NCBI RefSeq assembly: GCF_006345805.1
Contig: NC_043005.1
Span: forward strand, 15,934,001 to 15,998,000
Reading direction: 5' to 3'
DNA length: 64,000 bases
Origin: Octopus sinensis
Lineage: Eukaryota
Shown in pieces: positions 12,823-26,039 of this stretch. Each line of letters begins with the position of its first letter. Positions within the stretch are counted from its first letter, which is position 1. Position numbers and translations under genes: made by a program. The notes below the pieces were generated by a model. It did not search any database. It worked only from the letters and a program-made list of their open reading frames with translations, and was not told the DNA's origin.

Positions 12823-13284
12823 CAAATTATATTCCCTGGAGCGTAGGCGGGAAAGATATGCCATAATATACATCTGGAAGATCCTGGAGGGAAGTGTCCT
12901 GAACTTTGGCATCGAGAGTTACGCAAATGCCAGAACTGGGCGCCACTGCGTGGTGCCTAGGACTCCAAACTTGCCATCAAGATGTAGGACAAGATTCTGT
13001 GATAGCCTGGGCTTCCGAGGCCCACAGCTCTTCAATATCCTCCCGAAGAACCTGAGAGACCTGCATGGGGTGGATACAGATGTCTTTAAAATGAAGCTGG
13101 ATCTCTTCCTGTCAGGTGTCCCAGATGAACCAACTTCACGGCAGGAGGGGCAGATGAGGGCAGCTGCATCGAACTCTCTCATGCACCAAATAGCAGTTGC
13201 TAGAAAGCCTCCATGAAGTGAAACCAAGTAGCAACACCAAATGGCGGTGCCCCAGCATGGCCACAGCTCATAAGCTGAAACTAG

Positions 13285-13317
<33 letters not shown>
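12823..13317 (+). mobile_element. 5'-truncated CR1-group LINE 3' end
   Basis: Open frame KLYSLERRRERYAIIYIWKIL...GPQLFNILP...VFKMKLDLFL (CR1-like ORF2 C-terminus), stop at 13216, short 3' UTR with stem-loop, (AATC)n tail. Confidence 0.85.
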
Positions 13318-13318
<1 letters not shown>

Positions 13319-13602
13319 GTCATGCGTTTCGATCTTAGTCTGGGCAATGCATTGCATCCTTGAGCAAGGCACATCATTTCATATTGCTGCAGGGTTCTCA
13401 GCTGAAAGGAGTACAAGTAAAGGCTGGTGCAGTTCACTTTCTGTCTGTCAGTGTGACAGTTGCATCCTGGATGTCATGCTAGTGCAAGAGCGAGAGAGCC
13501 AGGAGGCTGCCTAAGTCCTGTTCACAACTACACAGGAACTTGGGACAATTAATGAAAGCATCATAAATGACACCAAAGCTTCTGATATGGTTTCAATGCA
13601 TA

Positions 13603-13644
<42 letters not shown>

Positions 13645-13738
13645 GCATGTATGTATGTATATATGTATATATATGTATGCATGGATGTGTGTGTGTATAT
13701 ATGTATATATACACATATATATGTATGTATATATACAC

Positions 13739-13794
<56 letters not shown>

Positions 13795-14128
13795 GTATGT
13801 GTATATGTATATATCTGTTATATATATGTTTTTATATATACATATATACATATATATACATACATAAATAATATATATATATAATATATTGTATACACAT
13901 ACATACATATGTGTGTGTGTGTGATGCAACTGGTAAGAGAATAAGAGATGGGAACAGACACACCTACTCACATCTGCATACACATACACACACGTGTATG
14001 CATACGTGTGTGTGAGTGTGTGTATACATACATACATACATACACACACATATATATATATATTTATATATATATATTTATATATATTTATATATATATA
14101 TATATAATATATATATATGTGGTGTGTG

Positions 14129-14160
<32 letters not shown>

Positions 14161-14640
14161 GCTACATAATACATATGCTACATACATATGCATACATACG
14201 CAAATTTTACTCTTTCCTCTAAAATGCCAGTGTGTATAAGAAAATATTTCATTTCCTGTTATCAAATCAGAACAATCTCGATGACTAAACAGCAAATCCT
14301 CAACGGAGAAGCATAAATTATAATTCATCCCACCGCTTGGGCTTTTATTTTTTAATAGTTTACCAATAGAAATAAACCATAAATTATAAACTTATGCACT
14401 TAATTGTTGTTGTTATGGTTACTATCGTCGTCTTTGCTGCTGCTGTTTCCTCTGAAGAATTCCCTGATGTTAGCAATAAAATTCAGTCTACGACCTAATT
14501 TGTCCTGGATTCTCAGTCAAGAGCTATTTTACTTGTTGTTCTTCTCTTTGCTGTCTGAATATACTTCAAATCCCTATTGGGTCAACTTTTCCTTTCCTCC
14601 TTCTGGGGGTTGACAAAATAAAGTATGAACAAAGTACTGG

Positions 14641-14674
<34 letters not shown>

Positions 14675-14787
14675 TGGCTGGCCCCTTGCCGTCAAAAATG
14701 ACGGTTAATTGTAGTATTTTATAAATAAATATGGTACAAAATAAGGCACAAAAACACAAAGATACCCACACATAAATATATATATGT

Positions 14788-15010
14788 CTTTACTGCCCAC
14801 AAGGGGCTAAACATAGAGGGGACAAAGAAGGACAGACAAAGGGAGTAAGTTGATTACATCGACCCAGTGCGAAACTGGTACTTTATTTATCGACCCGGAA
14901 AGGATGAAAGGTAAAGTCGACCTCGGCGGAATTTGAACTCAGAACGTAATGACAGACAAAATAACGCTAAGCATTTCGCCCGGCGCGCTAACGTTTCTGC
15001 CAGCTCGCCT
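14788..15010 (-). mobile_element. SINE family B (long-tail variant)
   Basis: Reverse complement of 20376-20610. Confidence 0.85.
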
Positions 15011-15570
15011 CTCTCTCACACACACATAAATTTATATATACATATATAGGGTGGGCCAAAAGCTGCCTGAGAGTAGATCAAAATTCCATAAATACTTAAT
15101 ATTCAATTTTATTTATTCATTCCAATTAATGAGTGTTTAATAATCGAATGCTGTGATTTAAAATCATTTTTCTTTCAACATTTTTCTATTTATTAGTGAT
15201 GTGTCATATAAAATAAGTTTTTGTTTTAACCTTGGATTTAAATTGGATTAATGAAGTCTAGAGAAACACCCAAGTACCTCAATTTCATCTACAGATTGCT
15301 TCAGTCTACTGGAGGGATAAAGGTAGAATGAGGTATTTTTGCCTCTTGGCTGAAACAGCTGTAAGATATCATCTCAATTTCTATTCCTGTATGTTATACA
15401 TTTTAATAATTACTGGTATCTTTATATATTATATATGTAAAGCATAATATGTTATACATGTATGTATATTGTTGTAATTGTCATTTTAGTAAATAAATAA
15501 ATAGATTGGCATAATACAATGTCTAAAAGTTAATGAATACCACCTGTTGATCCCCTCCATTTTCTTATTG

Positions 15571-15655
<85 letters not shown>

Positions 15656-17188
15656 TATATACAATGGGCTTCTTTCAGTTCTGTCTACCAAATCCACTCA
15701 CAAGGCTTTGGTTGACCCGGGGCTATAGTAGAAGACATTTGCCCAAGGTGCCATGCAGTGGGACTGAACCAGGAACCATGTGATTGGGAAGCAAGTTTCT
15801 TGCCACAAACAGACACGTACATATACACATATGTACACACACACAAATGCTTTGCCATGCTTGTTTTAAATCTTTACATTCTCAGTTTGAATCCCTCCGA
15901 GAGCAACCTTGCTTTTCATCCACCTGGGGTTGGTAAAATATATTACCAGTAAAATAATAGGGGTTGATGGCCATGTATTTAGATCAGAAACAATCATCAT
16001 TATTGTAAGGGTAATTTCAGGATATCTTGAATTTGTGGAGATTTGGTAAAATTTATATTCTTTCAGTTAGATGTAAATATGGTTTTCTGGTTGATATTGA
16101 TGTTTTTCTGGTTGCTGTTTTTGTTATTATTTAGTCCAACTTAGCACAAACTGTGAGCAAATCTATGATTATAAATATTCTATCCATGACCATCTTGTCC
16201 TTTTTGTATGTGCAAGGAACCTGGGATCACATCATCAAGCATATTACCATCTTTTTAAGATGGTATGGTATGCTTTGACAGAGATGTGGTTGTTATAGCT
16301 AGCAAATCAAGCACTCCTTGAGTGATTCCCAGAATAGATTTAAATTATTTTTCTTCATTTAGAAACGTTAGCTTCCATAAACTAGCATCTTATCCAAGGC
16401 AAAATTCAAACTCTCTCCCACTAATTCCTCATAAAACCAGAATTCAGTCCTTTCTGGTATCATATATCTTTCTGGTTTCTCAAGGAATTTTATATTACAT
16501 TTTCAGTTACACTTTTGACTATTTTAAGCTTTTACTATTTATCCCCAAGTCAATAGACCTTTAATCAAGGGTGTTATATCCATTAGCATCATGACTATTT
16601 GTTTTTATTAGAGAGTTTATTTAAAACTACATTGTCCAAAGTGTTCATTCTTTTTAAAATAGTGGAGTATGAATAGAGAGAAAATTTGGCTGTTATCTTT
16701 TTCAGATTCAGTGGACACATGCAAGTTCTCACTAAAACACATATGTTGTTTTGCTTGCATCAGCAGAACATGTGCATATTTGTTTAGAATTTCTGTTTAC
16801 AAACAAATTTTTGTCCTTTGCCAATAGCAAAGGGATTAAGGCAGATTAGAATCTGTCTTACGTTTAAATAGAGGTAAAATTTCAACTAAAATGTCTAGTT
16901 TGCCATGTAAAACTTGTATTTCTCTAATAAGAAAAGCTAGAGTTTGTGGCTTTGAATTCCACAAGGCATCAAGAAGCAAAAACATGTTCTCCTTTAAGGG
17001 ATTTTGAAACAGATCCTACAATAGGAATATATACATATGAACTTAAATTACATATACACAAGCAGGACAAACTGACTGAATAGCACTTTCCTGCTTGTCA
17101 TCATGATAAGAATACAAACACACAGACAGACAGATATTTATACATATATATATATATATATATACACATACATACATACATACATACA

Positions 17189-17222
<34 letters not shown>

Positions 17223-17280
17223 CATACATGCACATATACATACACACATACATGCACACATATGTATATATTATATATAT

Positions 17281-17693
17281 AGGCGCAGGAGTAGCTGTGT
17301 GGTAAGTAGCTTGTTTACCAACATGGTTCCGGGTTCAGTCTCACTGCGTGGCACCTTGGGCAAGTGTCTTCTACTATAGCCTCGGGCCGACCAAAGCCTT
17401 GTGAGTGGATTTGGTAGACGGAAACTGAAAGAAGCCTGTCGTATATATGTATATATATATATGTATGTGTGTGTGTTTGTGTGTCTGTGTTTGTCCCCCT
17501 AGCATTGCTTGACAACCGATGCTGGTGTGATTATGTCCCCGTCACTTAGCAGTTCGACGAAAGAGACCGATGGAATAAGTACTGGGCTTACAAAGAATAA
17601 GTCCCGGGGTCGAGTTGCTCGATTAAAGGCGGTGCTCCAGCATGGCCGCAGTCAAATGACTGAAACAAGTAAAAGAGTAAAAGAGTAAAAGAG
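17281..17693 (+). mobile_element. Full-length SINE family A (reference copy)
   Basis: Pol III A/B-box-like head, CACCTTGGGCAAG block, internal (TA)/(TG) microsatellite, 3' GGCGGTGCTCCAGCATGGCCGCAGTCAAATGACTGAAAC(AAGTAAAAG)n; about 20 full or partial copies in the window. Confidence 0.9.
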
Positions 17694-17844
17694 TATATAT
17701 ATATATCTACATAATTCTGATTACAATGCATCCATAGAGGACTTGGGCAGGTCAATGTGAAGCATGACATTATTTTTGGCTAGATGGAATTATGCAGAGC
17801 AGACAGTGAAGTAATCTATTTTTCAATTATAAAACATATTAATT

Positions 17845-18210
17845 TCTACTTTAGGCACAAGGCCCAAAATCTTTGGGCAATGGGCCAGTCGATTAGATCA
17901 ATCCCAGTATGCAACTAGTATTTAATTTATCGATCCCGAAAGGATGAAAGGCAAAGTCGACCTAGGCGGAATTTGAACTCTGAATGTAAAGACAGATGAA
18001 GTACCGCTAAGCGTTTCGCCCAGCGTACTAACTATTCTGCCAGCTCACTTCTTTAAAATATAATTCTTAACTACTCTAGGCACAAGGCCCGAAATTTTGG
18101 GGAGGGGGCCAGTTGATTAGATCGCCCCCAATATGCAACTGGTACTTAATTTATTGACCCCGAAAGGATGGAAGGCAAAGTCAACCTTAGTGGAATTGCC
18201 AATTCGCCAA
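17845..18210 (-). mobile_element. Two tandem SINE family B copies
   Basis: CCCGAAAGGATGAAAGGCAAAGTC core twice, with AGGCACAAGGCCC tails. Confidence 0.8.
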
Positions 18211-18379
18211 GTATAAAACATATTGATGAAGTAATTCCCTGTTGTTAAGTAGTTTGCAACTCAGATGATATTCCACTGACCAATGAGGATTGTGGTAAAA
18301 AAGAATGATATGAACCAATGAATAGGTTTTCAGTGTTACTATAGTTACTTCATTAGGGGCTTATATTTTGACTTGATTC

Positions 18380-18770
18380 TTTTATTTGTTTCAGTCATTT
18401 GGCTGTGGCCATGCTGGAGCACTGCCTTTAGCTGATCAAATCAACCCCAGGACTTATTCTTTGTAAGTCTAGGACTTATTCTGTCGGTCTCTTTTGCAGA
18501 ACCACTAAGTTACAGGGACGTAAACACACCAATATTGGTTGTCATGCGATGGTGAAGGGACAAACACAGACACAGACACACACACATGCACACACACTGC
18601 ACACATATATATATACCACAGGCTACTTTCAGTTTCTGTCTACCAAATCCACTCACAAGGCTTTGGTCAGCCTGAAGCTATAGTAGAAGACACTTGCCCA
18701 ATTTTCCAGGCAGTGAGACTGAACTTAGTGTCATGTGGTTGGTAAGCAAGCTACTTACCACACAGCCATT
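18380..18770 (-). mobile_element. SINE family A
   Basis: Reverse complement of 17281-17693. Confidence 0.85.
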
Positions 18771-19254
18771 CACGAACCTTATTTTTTTTTTTTTTTTTAG
18801 TTTCAGCTCAGAGCTGAAATTATTTAGATTATGCAACAAATTATATAACTTCTAAATTCATCAGGCAACCATGCAAAATAAGTGATTATTTGAATAATCC
18901 ATTGGATATCTAATTGGATTACTCACCCAGCCATTGTTCACTTACTTTTACATAGATGTCTGTGTGTGTATTATGTGCCACAATACTGGCTGCCATACTG
19001 GTGTCACACAGCTGGCACCCATGCTAGTGGCACGTAAACGCAGCCATTATACTCTCAGAATGGTTGGCATTAAGAAGGGCACCCAGCCATAGAAAACATG
19101 CCAAATCAGACTGGAGTCTGGTGCAGCCCCCCAGCTCACCAACACTGGTCAAACCATCCAACCCATGCCAGCATGGACAATGGATGTTAAATGATGATGA
19201 TGATGATAATGATGATATATATACTTCAAAAGTTTTTTTTTATTCTCTCTCTGT

Positions 19255-19400
19255 TTATTACCTCATGTTCCATTCTGTTGAAGTGCGTAGGCTCAAAACC
19301 TAAAAGACTTTCTCAACTTCCCAAGTGTCAAACTAATATACCTGCTTGTTGTTCATACACTTGTCTTCGTCTTTTGTTTTTCTGTAAATTTCAACTACAT
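19255..19400 (+). repeat. Small dispersed element with degenerate hammerhead-like motif
   Basis: CTGTTGAAGTGCGTAGGCTCAAAACCTAAAAG...TGTCTTCGTCTTTTGTTTT; homologous to 61470-61620. Confidence 0.55.
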
Positions 19401-20375
19401 ATATATATATATATATATATATACACTTGGCCAGAGTGGCTAACTGGCATCCATGCAAATCGACCCTGGGGCTTGTTCTTTGTAAGCCTAGTACTTATTC
19501 TATTGGTCTCTTTTACCGAACTGCTAAGTTATGGGGACATAAACATATTACCATTGGTTCTCAAGCAATGTTGGAAGGGACAAACACACACACACATACA
19601 CATTGCTTGGTCTGAGATTCAAACCCATGATCCCTCATCCATGAGTCCACTGGTCTAACCCCTAGGCCATGTGCCTCCACCAAGATAGATAACCAAATTT
19701 ATACTCTCATACATAAATGGTAATATAACATCACATCATTATCATTGAATATCCATTGCCCATGCTGGATGGTTTGACAGCATCCGAGAAACCAGATGCG
19801 TTGAGGTTCAGTGTCTGCTTTGGCATGGTTTCTACAGCTGGAAACCCTTCTTAACACCTAATGCTACCCTCTTTATAGATGTGTTTTCCCCAACACTGGT
19901 ACTAGTGAAGTTATCAAGTAGTTCACAAGACCCCTTTGACTGTGTGGGTGTAGCATATTGAGAGAGATGGATTTAAGTCAGATGTTGATAGGCTAGAGCA
20001 TGATAGAGGGGACAGGAACAGGTGTCTTTCTGTAGAGGAGATAAATGGCTACCGCAGCTGGAAAGAGAGAACATATGGTAGTTGTTAAGGGTCACGGCGT
20101 ACCTTGAAGGTATGAGAAGGTGAAAATAAGAGACAGCAGGAACATAGGATCGAGAAGGTTGGATGGGTAAGTTTGAGAGAGTGTGAAAGGAAAGTTACAG
20201 CCGGTTGGAGATGAGGATAGAGATGACTGCAGTGGATGGTGAACATTGGTGGAGGAATGGTGAACTTTAGTTTGGAGGGAAGCTGAGAGAAAAAGGAAGA
20301 GTGAGTCAGGGAGAAGGATGCAATAAAGGGCAGTACATAAAGATGGGTTGGAGGGTAACAGTATAATAAGCATTT

Positions 20376-20610
20376 CGGCGGCGAGCTGGCAGAATCGTTA
20401 GCACGCCGGGCGGAATGCTTAGCGGTATTTCATCTGCAGCTACGTTCTGAGTTCAAATTCCACCAAGGTCGACTTTGCCTTTCATCCTTTCAGGGTCGAT
20501 AAATTAAGTACCAGTTACGCACTTGGGTCGATGTAAATCGACTTAATACCTATGTCTGTCCTTGTTTGTCCCCTCTATGTTTAGCCCCTTGTGGGTAATA
20601 AAGAAATAAG
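20376..20610 (+). mobile_element. Full-length SINE family B (reference copy)
   Basis: GGCGGCGAGCTGGCAGAATCGTTAGCACG head, GAGTTCAAATTCC B box, GCCTTTCATCCTTT core, TTTAGCCCCTTGTGGGTAATAAAGAAAT tail; similar copies at 22825-23047, 30194-30430, 33525-33655 and 63019-63252. Confidence 0.85.
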
Positions 20611-21263
20611 TATAATAAAATCTCATAGACAGATGAGAAATAGGGAGATGATGAGAAGTGTGTTGGGTGCTGGAGGGGGTAGAGATGGATGCTCAAAAGC
20701 AAAGACGGAGGTTACAAGGTATGTAAAAGATTGATACAAAAATTCTCTATAGGAGACCAGATTCTTGAAGAGAAATGCATTAATTTTCTAATTCAATTAA
20801 AGGAGAATTTTTTTACTTTTGTTGTATTGTTTAGTTAAAGTAATATAACAGAAGGTTTATATTATGGTAAATGGAAGCCAAGAAACAAGATTACATTGTG
20901 TGCGTGTGTGTGTGTAATTTATAGATACATAATTATATTTTCTTTTGATTTGATTGCTCTGATATTGGTAAAGGAGTACCAGTTAATTACAGCGAAACAC
21001 CTAAGCTCCACCTGGCTCCAGCAGAAGGTAATGGCAAACTTCTGCTGACTTTTTCGTCACAACTTTCTCTCACTCTTTCCTTCTGCATCTAGCAGCTCAC
21101 CTGCGATGGACCAGTGTCCTGTCTAGGTGGGGTACTTATATGGCAAGGAAACCAGGAAACTGGCCCATATGAGCCAGGCATGGCTTGAGAAGGAACAAAC
21201 AACAACAATATATCTTAATGTTATGTGTTTGTGTAGAGTTTTATAAGTATGGATAAAAGAGTT

Positions 21264-22121
21264 ATACTCTTTTTACTCTCTCTTTTACTCTTTTACTTGT
21301 TTCAGTCATTTGACTGCGGCCATGCTGGAGCACCGCCTTTAATCGAGCAACTTGACCCCGGGACTTATTCTTTTTTGTAAGCCCAGTACTTATTCTATCG
21401 GTCTCTTTTGCCGAACCACTAAGTAACGGGGACATAAGCACACCAGCATCGGTTGTCAAGCAATGCTAGAGGGACAAATACAGACACACAAACACACACA
21501 CGCATATACATACATATACATACATATATACGATGGGCTTCTTTCAGTTTCCATCTACCAAATCCACTCACAAGGCTTTGGTCGGCCCGAGGCTATAGTA
21601 GAAGACACTTGCCCAAGATGCCACGCAGTGGGACTGAACCCGAACCATGTGGTTAAGTATTTTGGTCAAGTATTTTTATAAAAATACTGTTTTATTGTTA
21701 TTAGAAGTTACTCTTTTACCCTTTTACTTGTTTCAGTCATTTGACTGCGGCCATGCTGGAGCAACGCCTTTAGTTAAGCAAATCGACCCCAGGACTTATC
21801 TTTGGAAGCCTAGTACTTATTCTATCGGTCTGTTTTGCCAAACCACTAAGTTACAGGGCCGTAAACACACCACCATCGGTTGTCAAGCGATGTTGGGGTG
21901 GGGTGACAAGCACAGACACACAAACATATACACACACATACATATATATATATACATATATACGACGGGCTTATTTCAGTTTCCATCTACCAAATCCACT
22001 CATAAGGCTTTGGTCGGCCCGAAGCTATAGTAGAAGACACTTGCCCAAGGTGTCACACAGTAAGACTGAACCCGGAACCATGTGGTTGGGAAGCAAGCTA
22101 CTTACCACACAGCCACTCCTG
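21264..22121 (-). mobile_element. Two adjacent SINE family A copies (21264-21655, 21709-22121)
   Basis: Both are reverse complements of the reference copy. Confidence 0.85.
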
Positions 22122-22547
22122 CATTTCATATATTATTTATTTTTACCAAATTCTAGAGACTTCATTCAAGTATGAGAAACTCACATTCTTTTAAGGTTAC
22201 CGTCACTATATAGCTTGTAAATATTTGTATGTACATACATGGATATATTTACAAATATAACATAAGTAGGTGAGATTGAATGTGTGGTGTGTGTGTGTGG
22301 TGTGTGTGTGTGTTGTGTGTGTGTGTGTGTGTGTGTGTATGCTTGTGTGTGTGCTTGTGTGTACATGTGTGTGTGTGCTACAAGCAAGGTGATCACTGTT
22401 TCAAGCAACAACCAAAGTTAATAGCAGAACTGTTTTGTAAAGTGTACAGACTCTACTTTTCTATAGAGGCAGTCATTTTTGAACCTGTGTCAACAAAATC
22501 TGCATCTTAAGACTTTTGTTTATAGCATCAGCATCTGTTAGTTTGTT

Positions 22548-22805
22548 CCTGGTTTCCTTGGCGTATAGGTTCCTCACCTGGATGGGACTACAGTCCATCG
22601 CAGGTGAGCTGCAAGATGCAGGAGGAAAGAGTGAGAGAAAGTTGTGGTGAGAGAGTCAACAGAAGTTCACCATTACCTTCTGCCGGAGCTGCGTGGAGCT
22701 TAGATGTTTCGCTCATGAACACGCACATCACCCGGTCTGAGATTCGAACCTGCGACCTTTCGACCGCGAGTCCACTGCTTTAACCACTAGGCCATGTGCC
22801 TCCAC
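22548..22805 (-). mobile_element. SINE family C, tail type 3
   Basis: Reverse complement of the 1881-2200 type (TGGCCTAGTGG A box, GGTTCGAATC B box). Confidence 0.8.
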
Positions 22806-23388
22806 ATTAGCATCTGTTAGACTCGAGCTGGCAGAATAGTTAGCACGCCGGGCGAAATGCTCAGCAGTATTTCGTCTGTCTTTACATTCTGGGTTCAAAC
22901 ACCGCCAAGGTCAACTTTGCCTTTCATCCTTTCGGGGTCTATAAATAAAGTACCAGTTATGCACTGGGGTCGATGTAATCGACTTACTCCCTTTGTCTGT
23001 CCTTGTTTGTCCCCTCTGTGTTTAGCCCCTTGTGGGCAATAAAGAAATATATTTCTGAATACACAAGAGGACAAGACACTGAAAGTGAGTGGTTTCACCT
23101 GTCTCTACTAAACAAATGATGCAGAAGCAGGTTGGAGCAATTCTTGGCCTCTTGTTCTCTCCATCATTTTTTCTCTCACTATCTTTCTCCTCTCTACCTT
23201 TTCTCTTACCTCTCCCTTCTCCTCTTTTCACCTAACAGAAGACTAAAACTGATGCGAGTGAAAAGCTGATGTGATGTAACTAAAGCTGAAGTGAGTAAAA
23301 AGAGATAAAGTGAGACTACGATGAACAGATATGAATATATCAAATGCATGAGAACATGTTCTCATTTGATAAACAGTTGGAAAAAAAA

Positions 23389-23558
23389 AGGCGTAGGAGT
23401 GGCTGTGTGGTAAGTAGCTTGCTTACGAACCACATGGTTCTGGGTTCAGTCCCACTGCGTGGCACCTTGGTCAAGTGTCTTCAACTAAAGCCTTGGGCCG
23501 GCCAAAGCTTTGTGAATGGATTTGGTAGACCAAAACTGAAAGAAGCCCATCATATATA

Positions 23559-23590
<32 letters not shown>

Positions 23591-23591
23591 A

Positions 23592-23626
<35 letters not shown>

Positions 23627-23885
23627 GTGTATGTATGTATGTATGTATGTATGTGTGTATGTATGTGTTTGTGTGTCTGTGTTTGTCCCCCCACCCCTGA
23701 CATTGCTTGACAACTGATGCTGGTATGTTTACATCTCCCGTAACTTAGCGGTTTGGCAAAACAGACCGATAGAATAAGTACTATGCTTACAAAGAATAAG
23801 CCCTGGGGTAGATTTGCTCGACTAAAGGCTGTGCTCCAGCATGGCCACAACCAAATGGCTGAAACGAGTAAAAGAGTAAAAAAGA
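23389..23885 (+). mobile_element. SINE family A with expanded internal microsatellite
   Basis: Matches the reference copy; internal (TATG)n expanded. Confidence 0.85.
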
Positions 23886-24282
23886 GAGAGTGTTCTCAGA
23901 TACAATCCTATAACAGCATTTTTTTTTCCCACAAAATTTTAGTAAGAATTTCACTTAAGGTGTTCCATACTTTTGCCAACAGTTGTTTCTACTCTGTGGA
24001 TAGAAATCTATGTAGATCTAAGTGGACTAGGGTCTTTGAGAGTTATGTATCAGGCTGACACATACATCATGTAAGAGCACATGAACTGACAACCTCTCTT
24101 GCTTGGTGGTCCACTAGCCTACAATCTTGATCAGACTACATTAATATACAATAAACATTTATATCTAATACATTCTGGGCACATTAATGTCAACATGTAC
24201 ACACACACATACGCTCGCACACACATGCACAAGCACACACATACATTAAAATGTTGGTTTTGACATAAGCATTCCATTTTTT

Positions 24283-24800
24283 AGCTGTGCTGGTGGCACG
24301 TAAAAAGCACTGTCCGATCGTGGCCATTGCCAGCCTCGTCTGGCCCCTGTGTCAGTGGCACGTAAAAAGCACCATCCAATCGTGGCCATTGCCAGCCTCG
24401 TCTGGCCCCTGTGTCAGTGGCACGTAAAAAGCACCATCTGATCGTGGCCATTGCCAGCCTCGCCTGGCCCCCGTGCTGGTGGCACGTAAAAAGCACTATC
24501 CGATCATGGCCGTTGCCAGCCTCGCCTGGCCCCCGTGCTGGTGGCACGTAAAAAGCACCATCCGATCGTGGCCGTTTGCCAACCTCGTCTGGCACCTGTG
24601 CTGGTGGCACATAAAAAGCGCCCACTACACTCACGGAGTGGTTGGCGTTAGGAAGGGCATCCAGCCGTAGAAACATTGCCAGATCAGACTGGGCCTGGTG
24701 CAGCCTTCTGGCTTCCCAGACCCCAGTTGAACCGTCCAACCCATGCTAGCATGGAAAGCAGACGCTAAATGATGATGATGATGATTATGATGATGATGAA
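24283..24800 (+). mobile_element. SINE-like family D with internal 62 bp tandem array
   Basis: GGCACGTAAAAAGCAC recurs at 24295, 24357, 24419, 24481, 24543 and 24606; then GGCGTTAGGAAGGGCATCCAGCCGTAGAAAC and a (GAT)n tail; other copies at 8526-8672, 19010-19215 and 59720-60197. Confidence 0.8.
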
Positions 24801-25258
24801 CTACCTACAATTCAACATGATGTGTAAACTGCTGAGTATTCCACAGACGTACATCCCCCTTAAAGAAATTCTCAAGCAGAACTAGTGTGACGAAATATAT
24901 AGCAAATCTGGACTTTTAATCATGTGTACAATCCATCCAAAGGCTTCCACACAGTTTCCATCTACTCAGTTTCACCCCCAAGGCCTGAATGAACTCAAGG
25001 CTAGGGAAAATGTCAGTTTACCAAAACGCTATATAGGGCGGCTGAACCCATAATCTCATGATGGCAAAATGAATTTCTTAACTGCTTGATTATGTTTGCA
25101 TCCATGAAGATAAGTACACAAGACTGTGTTTTTACTGTTGCATAATCCAGGTGTGTTCTGACTGCGTACACATCACACAGGTAGTCAAATGACTATGTGA
25201 CAATTGTCCCAGATATACCAAATCCCTTACCTAATGCAAGACAATACAGTGTACTTTG

Positions 25259-25765
25259 AAGGTGGCAAGCTGACAGAAATGTTAGCATGCCAGATGAAAT
25301 GCTTTAGTGGTATTTCATCTGTCTTAACATTCTGAGTTCAAATTCCGCCAAGGTTGATTTTGAATTTCATCCTTTTGAGAATCGATAAATTAAGTACCAG
25401 TTGTGTACAGGGGTCGATATAACCGACCGGCCCCTCGCCAAAAATTATGGGCCGTGTGCCTAGACTAGAAAAGAATATAAAGGTGATGAGTTGGCAGAAA
25501 CTTTAGCATGCCAGGCAAAATGCTTAGCGGTATTTCGTTCTGAGTTCAAATTCCACCTAGGTCGACTTTGCGTTTCATCCTTTCGGGATCGATAAATTAA
25601 GTACCAGTTACGCAATGGGGATCAACTTAATCCGTTTGTCTGTCTTTGTTTGTCCTCTCTATGTTTAGCCCCTTGTGAGTAATAAAGAAATAAGAAACGT
25701 TAGCATGTTGGGCGAAATGCTTAGCGGTATTTCGTCTGTCTTGTGCCTAGACTAGAAAAGAATAC
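25259..25765 (+). mobile_element. Head-to-tail array of SINE family B copies
   Basis: Heads at ~25259, ~25480 and ~25695, mixing both tail types. Confidence 0.8.
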
Positions 25766-26039
25766 TGTGTACTTTCATAAGCAGTGGTCTATTGCATGTG
25801 GTGCAGTGTGACTGTGCAGATGTGGTGCACTTTCCTTGTTGTCAAGTGTATTCCATGGTAGCACTGATGGTGATGATGTTGTTGAGCTGCCCCAGATGGA
25901 ATGTGATCAAGCAGATACATATGCCACACCAGCTGAAAGTCAAACAACTAAGACCATTGATCTATTGTTTCACATCTGAAGTGTTGTGTGTAATATGTGT
26001 GTGTGTGTGTGTGTGAGTGTGTGTGCATGTATGTGCAAT

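Noticed and set aside
24283-24625. CRISPR-like regularly spaced repeat
   Set aside because: The intervening sequences are near-identical rather than unique spacers; eukaryotic SINE context; no cas genes.
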